Assembly: GCF_037042905.1 (NCBI RefSeq)
Contig: NC_087251.1
Coordinates: forward strand, 30,940,001-31,004,000
DNA: 64,000 bases
Origin: Lytechinus pictus
Lineage: Eukaryota
Reading direction: 5' to 3'
Below, piece after piece: positions 40,401-55,400 of the stretch. Position 1 is the first letter of the stretch. Every line of letters begins with the position of its first letter. A program made the translations under genes and the position numbers. The notes beneath the pieces were generated by a model, which did not search any database, had not been told where the DNA came from, and saw only the letters and a program-made list of their open reading frames with translations.

Positions 40401-43400
40401 TGGATCTACCGCTAGTCGGCTGGGTACTACTATTCCTGTCCCGTGTATTGGATCACAGCAGTGGAAGCCATGGTACTGGTCAGTCTGACAATACCCAGGA
40501 TACTGAGGGAGGCACCACTGCTGCTGGAGCATCAGGAGGGGCCACAGCAATGCCCGATAACCACGCAGATAAAGGTTAGTCTAGGTTCCATCTACTTATA
40601 CCGTGTTAACACGCTGCATCGGCTCGCGGTTCAGAACCGCGAGCCAATGCAGAATCGGCTTTTTTGTTGCGTGTTAACGCGATTAACTTGCATCGGCTCT
40701 CGGTGCAATTACGTGTAAACAGCCGATTCTGCATCGGCAATTAGCGCGCATTTCATTTACTTTTCCATAATGACGTACTTGTAAGCGCACGGATCCAGCG
40801 TTGTCTTTATTATGACGTATATTGTTGGTGCGCCGATCATTTGAGGTTTTTGCCACGCGAGCCGATTCTGCACTTCGAGATGTGACAGCATGTAAACGCG
40901 GTGCAAGATAAACCAAAAGCCGAATCTGCATCGGCTTTTGGTTCTGAATCAAAAGCCGATGCACATGTAAACACGGTAATAGTTGCAAGGGATAGATCAG
41001 GAGTTGAGAGTTCAATACAGTAGAATTGTGTATACATATAATTCCTGCAATGTTGCAGTAGCATAATGAACTTGCCTATTTTGTATTTTGATGTTGATTG
41101 TCCATGCAGGTATGCGTAATTACACAGAAAATACCGTAATAATACTAAAATGTTCATGTGGCAATTCTTTGCAAACCACACCCCCAAAAAAGAATAAAAT
41201 CATTTCATTATGTTCATTGACCAAATTTGATAGATTTCTAGAAGGGAGCTGGGCCCCGTTGCGTAAAAGTTACTATTATGGTACCTTTGCAATCAAAATC
41301 AAGGATTCCATGCAAGTTACCATTGGATGGCAAAGTTAAGGTAATGTTAACTTTTATGCAACAGGGCCCTGAAGGTCATCAGAAGGTGTTAGGTCAATGG
41401 CAGCTGTCAATCTGTTTTAGCTAAACATCAAGTGTAACTAAATGAGACACATCTTTGCTACTTTCTTGTTCATTTCATGTTATTGTCTCCTTTTTTTGTT
41501 TTTTTTTGGGGGGTTAAATATACATTACTCAAGAAATCCTTGCTCATGAACCCATTCAGCATAGTCATACATACTGTTATAAATAACTTCATATTTCTAG
41601 GAGGAGCAGGGCAAGGTGGTGCTGGTGGTGGCAGCAACAGATGGGATTTCTTGACCAGTCAACTCCAGGCTCCGGGGAACAATTCCCAACGCTCCCACTC
41701 CAGCGGGAGAGATGTGGTCCGGGGTGTCAAGAAACAGGTTCAGTCCCACAAGGATCTGCTTTATGATATCAAGGGAGGCAAGGTCAGTTCTAAACCTAAG
41801 ATAATAAGCTAGAAAGAAAGAAAGCAAAAAAAAAACAAGATGCGCTTGTCATGTGATATTTCTTGCACCACCAAACAAAATTCATTATAGAAATTGTTTA
41901 AATAGCAAGCACCAATACTTTTGTAGGTATTTATGCTTTTGATATTTAAATGAGTTTCGCAGGCACTGACGATATAGTAAACCTTTATTTGCAAATTTGA
42001 CGTGAAAAAGTAGCTTAGAGATGATATTTGATTACTTGATCTGGTTGCAGTGTTAAACTGAATCTTTTACCATTTTAATCATTTTTTTTTGCTTTTGATG
42101 ATACTAAAAGCAGTCTAACTCCAAATACTCAACTAGAAGAATTTGCTACATTATTTATGTTGAATTTATTACCTTGTGTCTCTGGTAGTGTGAAGTGGTT
42201 CTATCAATATATGACAACATGTTTTTTACATCAAATTATAGATTATGCAGCTGGTATTAGAAATTGATTGCTTGAGAATTCTAATTAGGTGTTTTTCTTG
42301 GACGTTTTGAAGCACTAGTTTAAAATCTTCCTCTTTCATATACATGCAATACATTGTATACAGTTATGATTCTGTTTGCTAACATGGAGATTATGTCCTA
42401 TCCGCTCTGTAAAAGCACACATTCCGATTCATTATTTTCGTGTGATCTCAAAAAGGCTATAGTTTACCATCCAAAAATGCATTCTTTCATGTATTGCTGA
42501 ATAAAATCAGTTGAATTTTCAGATTTTGATGTAATGAACAGCAATGGGGTCAATTCTTGTTGGGACTTATAGTCATTTCAAAGGTTTCGTGCTGTGGATT
42601 ACCAATTCATTTCATTCCACAAGTCATCGTGTCATGGCATTCGCTTCCGTTTCTGTTTTCCATTCACTCGTTGTCATCGATTGCTAGAATTTGCTTTCTT
42701 TTTTTGTTTCATTCCCGTAATCATACGGGAATCCATGAACATATGGGCCGCCATTTTGCATATTTTCCTCCCTCCCTCCCTTCTCCATTACCAGAAGTCC
42801 AGTCAGGCCAAATACGGAGAAGACTCGAAAGGGGATCCCATCTCTGATTTCCACTTGAAGAAGAAACTCTATCATCAGGTAGCCAAGGTAGTTTCATCAA
42901 TGGGTGTTTTTAACCTGTCATGATGGGCTTTTATCTTTTAAATCAGCTTTCTTCCCTTTGCTGCAAACACTTCTGTCTTCTTTTTGACGTGCTGTTGACT
43001 TGAAGTTTATGCATTCGCATTTTAGTAGAAAGAAATTATTCATTGGACCTAACAGAAAGTCATTAATTCTTGCCTTGCAATCCTTGATGCTTTTTATTTA
43101 ACGAATAACTGTATTAATGTTTGGTCTCGTTGAAAATTATTGAATCAATTAGAAACAAAAATATGAATGTGACGCTGAATGAAATTGAAACATGTTCGCA
43201 AGAGCAAAATCTCTTTTATTACTTGTCATTTGGAAAATGAATTGGCAAAAGTTTGAATTTGAAATATGCTTTGTTCTTTAGTTTCTTTTTCTTATTTGTC
43301 AAAAGCTTTTTGTTCATCTCATGCATGATTACTTGTTTGATTTCAAGCTCATTTTAAAAGAAGTTAGGGTAGGAATTCTTGTTTTTTTTCAATTTTACTT

Positions 43401-46400
43401 ATATTAGATTATATTGAATGAAAATTGTCAATTATAATATTTGTTGATTACACCAATCTGAAAAAGTATTGCTCAAGAGTATGCACACGTCTTTTTTAAA
43501 GATTATGAATTTGTCATTATCTCTGCCTAATTTCATCTGTAATGTCAGTTCTTTAAAAAAAATAATTGATAAGATCAGAAGCGGAAAAATACAAAGTTAA
43601 ATAAAAACTTATTACAATGATAAAGCAAAATTAAGTTTACTGAGCCCATATAGATGTGAATTTTGGGGTCATAATGCCATGTAAGTTGGTTTGTAATTAT
43701 AAGTGTGTCGTAAATTTGTTTTGTTTTGGCTGAAAATATTGAAGCTGCCAACTTAGAGTAAATTTTTAGATGGTAAGCATGCTTGTTTTGATATTACTTC
43801 TTCACAGAAGTACCATTTAGGTGTAAAGCTACCAGTAAGCTCCTATGTAAGTTGATTGAAAATTAATATTTATTTGCAGCAGTTTGATTTTGTAGAGGTA
43901 TTGTCTTGGTTCAACCATCTTAACACTTTTCAAATACATTCATAGAATATAAAGAAAGGTATGTGTAGTCCTTCCCAATTTTAATATAAAAAGTTACAGC
44001 AAAAGGACTAACACAAACAAACACAAAATTAAACATCGGTAAATGGGTCAAATAACAGCAGCAACCCCCCCCCCCTCAAAAATAAAACCTACTCATGGTT
44101 AAAAATGTCATTCTTAATTCAACATTTCATACAAATTTGTCTCTCCCGTACAAGATCCAGGGCTGATATTCGTGAATTTTAAAAAGGTCATTTTGTTTTT
44201 CATGAGTAGTAGCTTCAGACTTCGCTGTCATTTCAGTGTTTGTATGTTGAATGTTCTGCATCTCATTGGAAAGTGCTTCATTTGTCTTGTACTTTATTCT
44301 GTGTGTTGTATCAATGTCAAATCATAACACATTCTTACTGTATTGCTTTCCCCATGTCAATTGTACTTGTTAATGTTGTTTATTAAAAAGAAAGGAAATA
44401 GATATGGGCCTTTTCATGCAGTATTACAGATAACCCAGTTTATGAGGATTAAACTTGATAAGCTATGAAAGTGAACAAAATATATGTTGATTTCAAAGTT
44501 GAAATGTGTTGGCTTTAGAATTCCGTTTTATCTTGTATGGCCATATCATTGAGATAACATTCAATAACTTAATTAAGCTATGAAAGTGAACAACTTATAT
44601 GTAAATTTTGAAGTTGAATTGTGTTGGCTTTAGAATATTGTTTTATTTCTTATGGCCATATCATTGAGAAAACATTCAAGAAATTTGTTAAGCTATGACA
44701 GTGAACAAAACATATGTTGATTTTGAAGTTGATTTGTGTTGGCTTTAGAATCTTATTTTATGGCCATGTCATTGAGAAAACATTCTAGAAATTCGTAATT
44801 ATGTTTTCGTTATTATTCTTATCAAGATTTCAATTCTGAGTGAGCTGACACCACAATTTCTCGCAGTGAGCTCTCACTATAAAAGACTTTCTTATAAGGA
44901 TGTGGTTCTCCCAACCCAGATTCATGTTTTGTTATTTTGCCTTTGCTAATTCACCACCTACTCTTTTGATTTGTATTGACACCCACAGGAGGTACGGAAT
45001 GTGCTTCGTGCAAGGATGGCTGCCCGTAGCGCCCGAGGTCAGAAGACCGTTCAGGGAGGATCAAGTCGAGGGACGGCTGACGGGAGTTCAAGTAGCGCCG
45101 GTGATCTCGTATCTACCATCCTCCTCACCAGGGATAAGTGTATACCAGTGGTCCAGGGTTTAGTCCGGCTTCTACTAGCTATGGATTTCACCTGCCATGT
45201 GGACCTGTTCCTTGTCACGTGCAAGGTAGGTGTTAAAGAGTTCAGAATAGAAGAATTGAGTATGTAATATGATAAAATTATAAGAAAGCTTATGAAAACA
45301 TTACCAAACATTTGTTGTCTATATGTGATCATTTTTTTCCCTTTTTTAAATTCTTACAAAACACTTGCCATTATGTTTGTATCGGTGTATCTGAAGTTGT
45401 TCACTGATCGACTTCTGCGGAGAGAATGTAATACGTATAAAAACTTGCAAATCTCTGTCAATCACATTATCTCATTAATTTTCACTCTCCACTCTTTTTC
45501 TCTGCAGGTTTTGGCTAGAATAGCCAATGCAACACGACCAGCCATCACGTTAGCTGAGATAATGAGTCAAGATGAATTGATCCAGCTTGTATCAAGGTTT
45601 TGTAGTAGTGAATACTGTGCTGGTAACTCTGCTTGGGGTGGTCCTTGGCCTTCACATGCTATTACCTGCCTCCTCTTGGATATCCTTGAAGGTACATTAC
45701 AGGGGAGCATTTCATGTCGGTGATTTTCACAGACAAATGTTATAAGCTAGTAAAGTCCTTGCATCTGATTGGTTCAGAACAAATTAGTTGGTGAAAATCA
45801 CTGCCAAGATGCTTTAAGAGAGTGAATGTTATGGAAAGGTCTTATCTACATTTTGTAGAATATTTATATTTTTCATGTTTTTCTTGTAATATTTTTTTGG
45901 GGAAAATTTTTATTTGAAAGTGATTTTATTTCAATTTTTTTCCTTGAAAGACTTACTAATCAATAGGCTGGTAAAATCATACATGATAAAGTTTTATAAA
46001 TGGGTGGGAAAAAAAGGGTTTAAACTTCTCCTAGTTACCCAGAACTGCTATACAACATAGTTGATTTGAATATATTAACATATATATATGGATGAAATAA
46101 GAATAAAACAAATTATGTGGAAGTTTTATTTATGACTTACTTTTTTTAATGATTTCAGGAGAGAGATTATACCCCTATGTAGAGGAGCCTGCCGGCGCCA
46201 GTGGTGGAACTACATTTACCCCTCCCATGGGAGCAACAGGAGCTGATCCAGACCTTATAGCAGACTCCCTTACCAGCGGTGGAGCAGAAGCCAGTGCACC
46301 TACTGAGTCTGAGACGGAAGTCAACAATGCATCTGGAGGAGAGTATGATTCAGGTGGAAATGGAGGAGAAGCAGAGGAGAATGAAGGTCTAGAAGAACCA

Positions 46401-49400
46401 CTGATTATTGGTAGGTTAACCCTTTTAGAGCTGGGTTACTTAGACCCATCTCACAGATGGAGGAGTATGGATTCCGCCCTCCCCCGGCCTTTAGGGGTTA
46501 AAACACTTTCACATCAAATTTTCAGGATCTTTGATAGGGAAACATTATAATAGAGAAACTACCAGGTGTAGTTGTGATTTGAAGTGTGATGTTGATGAAA
46601 TTTGAGTGTATAATTCTCAATTTGTGTACTTGATAAAATTTCAAAGAATCTTGCAAAGATTATCTAGTGATAATGACAAGAAAAGACAGTTAATACACTC
46701 TACTGTTAATTGTAACATTCAATTTTTTTTCTCTGTTCTTTATAGATGAACTGAGTGGAGATCCAGAGATTGTAGGAGAAGGGGGTAATGATCCCTTGGT
46801 AGATATGGATTTGCTCTTTGGTTCATGGAAGACCAGTGGAGGTCTCTTCGGCAACAACGCACCCAAGAAATTAGCCCAAAAGAGTGGAGCTGGTAGCATG
46901 GTAGACCCTGTCAAGATCCCTACATCAGCCCTCCTTGCTTATGCCAAAAAGAACAGGAAAGACAAGCTGAAGATCTTAGTCAGAGGAGATGGAAGAGGAG
47001 AGAGCTCAGGATCAGCTTTCACCCCAAGAATGTCGAGCGCAGTTGATGCAAGGTTGGACCAAGACTTGGAGATGAGTGCAGAGTGGTTCTTGAAGATGTC
47101 CAGTTTGATGGAGGCAGAAACTGTAAGTCAGACCTTCACCAGTCTTCCACCTCCACCTGCCTTTGCCCCGGAAGAGAAACCAGACGTGGAGCTCTTGGAC
47201 ATGGGGCAGACCGATGATGACTTGGCTGCAAGTAGAGCCATGAGTGGAAGTAGTAGCAACATTCATCCTTCTGTGAGATCTTCTAGGGACCTGATATCGA
47301 CCTGCTTTCACCATCTCTTTGCGGGACTCGAGTCGGACCGTATCAGGTTAAATTCATTGCTTCAGCTGTGGCTCACAATCAATGAAGGAAGCATCAGTGA
47401 TACGGATGGAAACACAAGTCACTTCAACGATTCTAGAGTGCCAAACTTTCCCCTGGATAAACCATCTATCAGTCACTTGCTGGCCACTTTGCGGAAAGAA
47501 CGCAATCTCAGTGTGTGGACTTGGTGTCTGGCTTTCAGAGTCTTGACGGTTCAAATTAATACTAGGGGCTCTACCAAAGATGCAGTGTCAGTGGCAAACT
47601 CAATGGTCAATGATCCAAACATGTTTCATGCTCTTTTCAAGTTCTTATCTGGTGGATCATTTCAGGGGCGAAGGTCTGGACACCAAGACTTTCAAGTAAG
47701 ATGCAAGATATTTTATGATTTTCATAGAAATTATATATCGAAATATAATTTTTAGCATTGCAAGTCAATGAGAAAAAAATTATTTGTTGATCCATTGTTG
47801 CCAATTAATGTTCATTTTCTCATTTTTACGGGCCTTCCTAAAGATAAAAGTAATGATGCAAAATGTACAAGAATAACAGTGATATTTTAATACTGGTAGA
47901 TGCAACTATAAGTGTGGCCATAACAACCATTATGTTATTATATTTAGATATATTGATATAAAGTAATGTGTTATTAAGTTTTTGATTTCTAAGGACTTAT
48001 TTTAAGTGTTTTCTTGTATTTTTCCCATTTAGGTTGGTCCAACAGTGACATTAGCCTTTCATCAGCTACTCCTCAGGTTACATCTGAGGGTGTTCTCTGG
48101 ACCATCAGCAGGGGCTAAGGCTCTAAAGAACCTTCTCTTGAGGGTTGTGAGAACTCTAGTTCAACCAAGGTTTGTGTCCATCATAAATCTAATATATTTG
48201 CTCTGGTTAAGTGTGTTAATTCACTTTTCTCCAATTTAAAATGAAAGCAAAATAATTTTAAAAGTAGGTTTTCAATGTGTAGATACAAAAGTGATACATT
48301 ATATGTACATAAATGCCTAATATGAGAAAGACACAAAACAATATGAAAAATTGGAGTGGGTTTAAGGATCAGCAAAGGCTATCATTCCATCAAAGCCAAT
48401 CTTTACTCCGCTTTAGATAATATTGAAATAATCATAAGTGATGTGCAGATATATTTATGGATGGTCCAAAATGAAATTCGATCCGATTGTAGTAATTTCA
48501 AAGTAATTACAAGTCATAGGGAAGTGTCCGATTATACATTCAACTTGTCCAATTCTAACCCTTGTCCCATCCACAGAGAGGCCATCAGTGAAGGAGTAGG
48601 ACCATTGGATGCTCAGATCACCTTCTTGGAGCTTATTCTGGAGCAGACCTTCAGCTCTACGGACCTTGGTAGCATCGCAACAATGGTAGATAACATTACT
48701 CTCCTGATCTATGAACATGTCATAGATGGTAGCGGAGTGACCCAGCTAAGCAGCGAGAATGGGAGTTCATCTAGAGCCAACTTGGCTAATGCACTTGCAG
48801 GGAAGCTCAAGGCAGGTGCATCAAGGGTGCTGCATAATGAGAACAGTCGGGAAGCTTTGATGTGTGGACTTCTACAGCTCGTCAATGAGCTTCTGAAGAT
48901 GTCGGTGTCTCCAGACCCATTCGGTACTTCAGTGTGGTCACCTGTAGGAGGCAGGGGATCCTTGCACAGCGGTGGCGTGGCCTACCCGACCCCACCAACT
49001 TCCATGAGCGATGATGACAAGGAGAGGACTGGGGATGTGAGCGGTCTCTCAGCAGCAGCCAGCAGTGCTTTTGCTTCATGGTCAGCTGCGCCTCAGTCTC
49101 AACCTTCTACTCCGCTACGATTAGCAGATCTTGTCCTCACCAATAAAGAGACAGTGTCCAACCTATTGTTTGCCCTAGGACATTCCAGCAGTATGGCCAT
49201 GGCAGCCATGCTGAATCCAGGTTTCTTCTCGCAGGGTAGTGAGCCCCTCATGAGTACTGAACCCTTATCGATAGGAGACCACATCTTCCAGATCTTAGCT
49301 ACTCTAAACAAAGAAGCATCACATGTCAGGATCGTCCTGCAAGCGATCTTGTCTTATCTTAGCTGTGCCAATGGAAGAAGAGGAGAGATGCTTTCAGAAC

Positions 49401-52400
49401 CTCTCCTGTGGTACACGCTTAGTGTTCTCAATAGCCCTACTGCAATGGACTCAATGCATGAAATTGGTGAGTGTTGTTGATTGATTGATTTTGTTTACCA
49501 AGCCAATAAAATGCAAGAAAAAAATATTGAACATAATAATCATTAGCTTCGAGAGCATAACCTATGAAAGCTTGAAAACCTCTGTTCTTCGAATCTCTGT
49601 GTAAAATGAAGAGAACATATCTACAAAGGCATCTTGTTAAAAGTCATATTTTTTCCCAAAAAATCTTGCAAGGGGCTTTTCATTAACAATAACGATTTCG
49701 TCATAAACAAATTAATGGAAAATACAGGAAAACTGCAATGAAAAGACGCTTAGCACCTATCCTGGGAGTCCTTCTAAAAGATGATACACAGACCTTTGAA
49801 AGGCAGCCCGAGACTGTAGAAGCAAAAATAATTCCTAATAAATATAAAATTAAAATAGTTTGTGACTGTATCTTCCAATGATAAAATCAGAATGAAAGGA
49901 ATTTAGAATCTCACTTGCATTTGTGTAATTTGTGGTGAAAAGGAGAGCCAATTCTTCCATTGTATTCCTATTTTCGTGAAAGTTTTATCTGCAATAATAT
50001 ATAGGAAATGCTCTAATAATCATATTTTCAGCCTCTCTTTCCCGATTGTCCCACTTTCTTAGGTTGCAGGGTTTGCAGAGTAGGTATGAATTACTGATGA
50101 TGAATTAAATAATTAAAAATGTGTTTTCTTTCAGGTGGAATTGAGATCATATGTGCCAACTTGGTCACCAGCAGTCGAGCTAGCATTGATCCTAACCCAA
50201 GCATCATATCTCCCATCATGCAACTTACCTGTCCTCCTAAGCCTCCGTCATCGTCCAATACCAGCAGCTCAAGTTCTAATACCAACACTGGTTTCACCAA
50301 GAGAGGATCAACAACCGTTGATGAAGAAAATGTGGAAGGCCTCACAAACTTTGCTCCATATGGTAGGTTCTTTAGCAAAAAAATATAGAGAACATTTTTT
50401 TTTCTCCAGCGATTTTTTGAAAATTGTAAAATATGCAACTCTTCTAATTTGTTTCCTCATTTCGTATTGTAAAATATAATGTTCTGAGTTTGTAGATATG
50501 GAGGAATAGATGATAAGAGTTAGCTGTAAATAGAACTTGAGCGTCCTATTCAGATGTTATGCAAGATACCTATTATTCAAATGTCCATGTATTCTCGTAA
50601 TTCATTGTAGATTAGAGGTTGTTTGCAATAATTTTATTTTACTTATATTCATAAAGGTGTGATTAGCTGTAGCAACATGACGACCAGACCAGCTGAGTCA
50701 TTGCTGCTTCCAACTCTGTCTAACCGTCGTAGCAGACAGTCTTGGGCACATACCTTCTCATCTGAGGAGACATGGTGTGATCTGACCATCACTCTACCTT
50801 CAGCAGTCGTCCTAGAAGAGATACATATTCTTCCTCATGTTACAAATCTAGCAAGTAAGTCCCATAGATTTATCCTTAAAAGTATTTTGATGATGTTATT
50901 TGCATGAATTGTCGTCTCATTCGTTAGTGAAGGGGAAACAGCATACTTTTTTGCTCTGATCAATATAATTGTACATTCATCATTCAAATGAAGTAGAACT
51001 AAGTGTGAGATCAGTGATTCTTCAAATGATTCATGTTGTGAAAATATTGAGTCAAATAAGTATTTGATTTATCTCTTCTTATCCGAAGCATGTCCATCTG
51101 CGGTTTCGGTAGAGATAAGTCCCAGTGGTTCCAGCACCATCCCAGTTTGTCCACCCCTTGCTACCAGTGGCCTTACATCCATCAAGCTCAAGATGCCCCG
51201 TCCCATGGTCACCTCATCAGTCTGCCTTCAGCTGAGACGACCCAGGGAGTCCACTCTGATGGCACTGACACGGATAAGATTGCTTGGGACTACAGTGTTA
51301 GGTGGTGGTCATACCGGTGGCAGCGGTGGGATTATATTCTCTCATATGAATGGAGTACCCATGGTACCACCAACAGCGCCGCACAATGTAGCTGAAGATG
51401 AAGCGGTTAGGGGAAGGTCAGTTTTCCCTTTTTGATAAATTTTAAAGTTAATTCCTTTTATATTTTATTTCTCACCTTTCAGTGTCTTTGATATATTATG
51501 AGGTTATTTCGTGCATCATATATTTACTGAACCTATTAAATGTAACCCTGAATATATTTTCAAAATTTTAATTTCATATTAGAAAATGGGATTTTATATT
51601 ATGTGTATTGAGTATCACATTGTACATTCATACATGATGTTATTCAATATTTGCTATTTTGCTTTAGTGTCCTTACAATTCTATGAAGTTAATAGTGCTC
51701 TTTTAAGGTAACCTTAGGTAAAGCCTCAAAATCTTATTTAGATTTTTAGAAGTGTCCATTTTACTTAGTTTGTAAATGGTCTCAAGTTGTATTTAGTTAA
51801 TATCTGTCATGATGCTCTCTTACTCTTCCATTTGATTTCCAATCTGTTGAAATTAATCATAAACTTGTTTATTTCATTAGCACCCGCTGGCTGAGACTCC
51901 TACACCACTGCTTAGCTGGGACATTCCTGAGTAGCACAGTATCAAGCATCGCCCAGACTGCTGCTCAGACTCCTGGTCTCCTCACGACCTGTATGGCCCT
52001 CCTAGCCTCCCCCCACTGCAGGCCAAACAGGAGGGATATTGAGTCTTTACTCCTTCAGCTCAGTAGGTCCAGGACTGAGGTAGGACTGACGCTGGTGGAT
52101 ATGTTCCTTCGGAACAACTACTGTTTTGGTCACGGTGAACATGGTGAGAACGCCTGTCCTACTGTTCAGTAATGATACCTTTTTTAAAAATTGTAATCTA
52201 TAAAATTTGTTTTCTTCTCACTTTGTTTGTAATTGGGTAGTTCCATACAATAATCAAACTTTTTGTACTTTCAACCCTGTATTCTCAATTTGTACATTCT
52301 TTCATGAACTGCCAAACCCATGATAATATGAGAGCATCAGGTTTCCTTATGCACTAGTGAACTGAGAAAATCTTTGGGACAGTCCCACATATAGAAGGGT

Positions 52401-55400
52401 TGGGCAAAAATACTAGCTTTGGAATTTGCCCAATTTGAAATTTACTTGAGTCACTGATTTCTAAATGTGCAGCATTTGAAATTCAATAAAGGAAAATGTT
52501 AAAATATTTCTGTCTAAATCCTGATGTATTGATGGAAACATAAAACCTGCTATTTTTCAGATTCTGGATTGGGTCTTCTAGGACGTCCATCTAGTCTTGC
52601 TTCAGATTCCAGTGTAGATATCATTTATCAGTTAGGAACAGGATCAGATCCTGGAACAAGAGAAAGGTTAGTATTACCTTCTGATGTTATCCAATGTCTA
52701 AGAATTCTTGATTATAATTGGATTAAGTTGCATTTTAGAAGATGTGAATGCTTTTTTGTGAATTTATATTATTCATGTATGTAAATGCATATAATACATA
52801 TTTATATGGTGCAAAAACAAAAACAACATACATGTATATGTTGATATGCTGTAAGATTACTTCATTATTTTCATACTTTACTCTGAAAAGGATGAATAGA
52901 GAATCCGTTCTATTTGCCATTATTAATTTCTATTTCAGTAAATGGGAATGTACAATTTGTGAACCTAAGAATGAATGACCTTTTAGATGATGGTCTCATC
53001 AAAGGGTATTTCACTATAACTTTATTTTCCATGGGAATTTACAACGATGGAAGAAAGATAAATATATTGCCATTGAATAACTTTAACTGAAATGTTTTTC
53101 AATTATCTTTTTGTGAACAGAGTACAGACTCTTCTGGACTGGTTAGGAGACACAGCCCGAGTGGCCCTTCACATGCATAGCAGCTACCATAGAGCACCCC
53201 GTACATTCTCACCTATCGAGTCAGGTCTCCTACATCCTGCACCAATCCATGTTCATTGTGTAGCCGCTGTCCTGTGGGCTACCCACTCTCAAAACAATGT
53301 ACAACATATGGTTAATATGATCCCAACTGAACTGTTCAGGTATGATTCATTAGTTGGTTTAGCATGTGTTTTGAGTGATGATGCGCAGCAGACAGTGTTT
53401 AGATCTTCATTTTCTTCAGGTTGCTCTATTATTACATCTTCAATAATTTCTATTGGTTATCCGATTATGTTAAATTGTCACGTAAAAGAATTTTTCAAAT
53501 AAATTTGTCATGTAATGAAAAATGAAATGTGAAATTTGTCATACGATTCACATACATTATATGTTTACGATCACACACCCTATCCAAAATATTCTTTTTT
53601 TCTTCTTTCGCACCCTCAAAAAGAAAAAAAATCCTTCAAACGTGTTAATGTGATTAAAGAAAAGAGTTAGAGAATACTCTTTAATCAAAGAGATTGTTAT
53701 ATTGATATAAGCATTTTCAATGATTTTGTTTCAAGAACAGGCAGTAATTTTCATGAATGAATGATTTATCTTTGTTTCAGTTCTATCTATGAATGGTCGA
53801 CTGTCCTACCAGTCAACTCGGCATTGAAGAGAGCAGCTGATTTTGTTTTGTGTTCAATGTGTATGATTCAACCAGCGCATTTTGATTCTTTGCTTCAATG
53901 GATGGGTGTCATGGTTGGTGGACCCGTTGAGCTTCAAGCCCCAATCACAGGTTTGTTGAATGTGTATAATTTTGAAATCCATAAAAACTTCTTGCATATG
54001 TGCAGTTCCAGCTTGTGGAAATCGCATTTAGACAGATCAAAAGTATTCCAGTTTGAAATTTAAGTGTTCACAAGATTTTTCTACGTTTAGCACACACATT
54101 TAAATATTTAGTTACATACACTATGAGTTATGTAGAATACTATCAATTGTAGCAAAAATGAAATTATGTCATGTATCAAAATGAAACAATGTATATATTT
54201 CCTGTTTTTTTTATTTTTTTCAATTCACCAATTGAAATCGTCAATTGAACACAAATTAATTTCTACCATTGTTTACATGTTTAATCTTCGTCTTGTAAAT
54301 TTGTTCAGATGACAGCAAAGAAGATGAGTTGAACATCTTACTAACAGACGACTCTAAGGGAGCTAACCTACAACACCAGTCTCAACCAAACCTACACCTA
54401 CCAACAAGCCAACCAATCACAAGGCAGGAGTTCAGTCATGTGATCATTGATGAGGCTCATCTATCACTGCTAGCCCTGGCCTGTCAGTCTGATGTTGCAA
54501 CCAAGAGACTGCTGGATTCTCAGTTCTTGGTTCTTCTCGCGGAAGCATTGTCAGAATTCTGCACACAGGTTTGTCATATCTTCCTTTAGACCGTAAAAGC
54601 ATCCCAACATACCCTACATACAATGAAGAAGACACGTTTGTTCCAATTTATTGATAAAAGTAATAGAGGGTGAAAAAGCCAGAGGGGCAGAGGGGGTGGG
54701 AAGGTGGAGATGAACAGAAAAAGTGTGGTATTGTCTGTACATCCATTTGTTTATATACATTCACACAATACATCTGTAATAATCATACATGTAAGTGAAC
54801 TAGACAGATTATCCAGAAGAAGCAGAATTAAAATATAAATCATTTATTTATATATATAGTAATATTTTGATGATATAATGTTCTTCAGTTGTTATTCTGT
54901 AGGAGGATATTAAATGTTATATTTCATTATGTGATCGTGTGATAGTTCAGTGGACATTATTGGGATATGCTTGTACTTTTGTTATTCTTTAGGAGCTGAT
55001 CCGAACAGAGTCATTAAACAGTTTCAATGATCCCTTGACCGATGCATCCAAACTCAAGGCCTCAGGATCCCGTGTCCAGTCGCCTCGCTCACCAAGAAAT
55101 TCAGCCAGGAGGGGAAGCACCGAATCTCTACCATCAGATGCTACCGTTGTCCTCACAGCCGACCTCGTAGCACCTGTTCTGAACTTCTTCAAGGACCTCT
55201 CAGCACAGATTGAGATCAAGAACTGGTTGGCTTCACCAGAGGGTGTGGTCTTCTGGGCACCCCTACTAGCCCTGCTCTGCACCAGTAACACGGTGACACT
55301 TCTTAGCTCAATGCCCAACTTCAATGGGGTACCTCGTCGTTCACATCTCCTGAGTGCATCGCAAAGAGCATCCTTGGAGAACGCCAGCATTGCATTCTTC

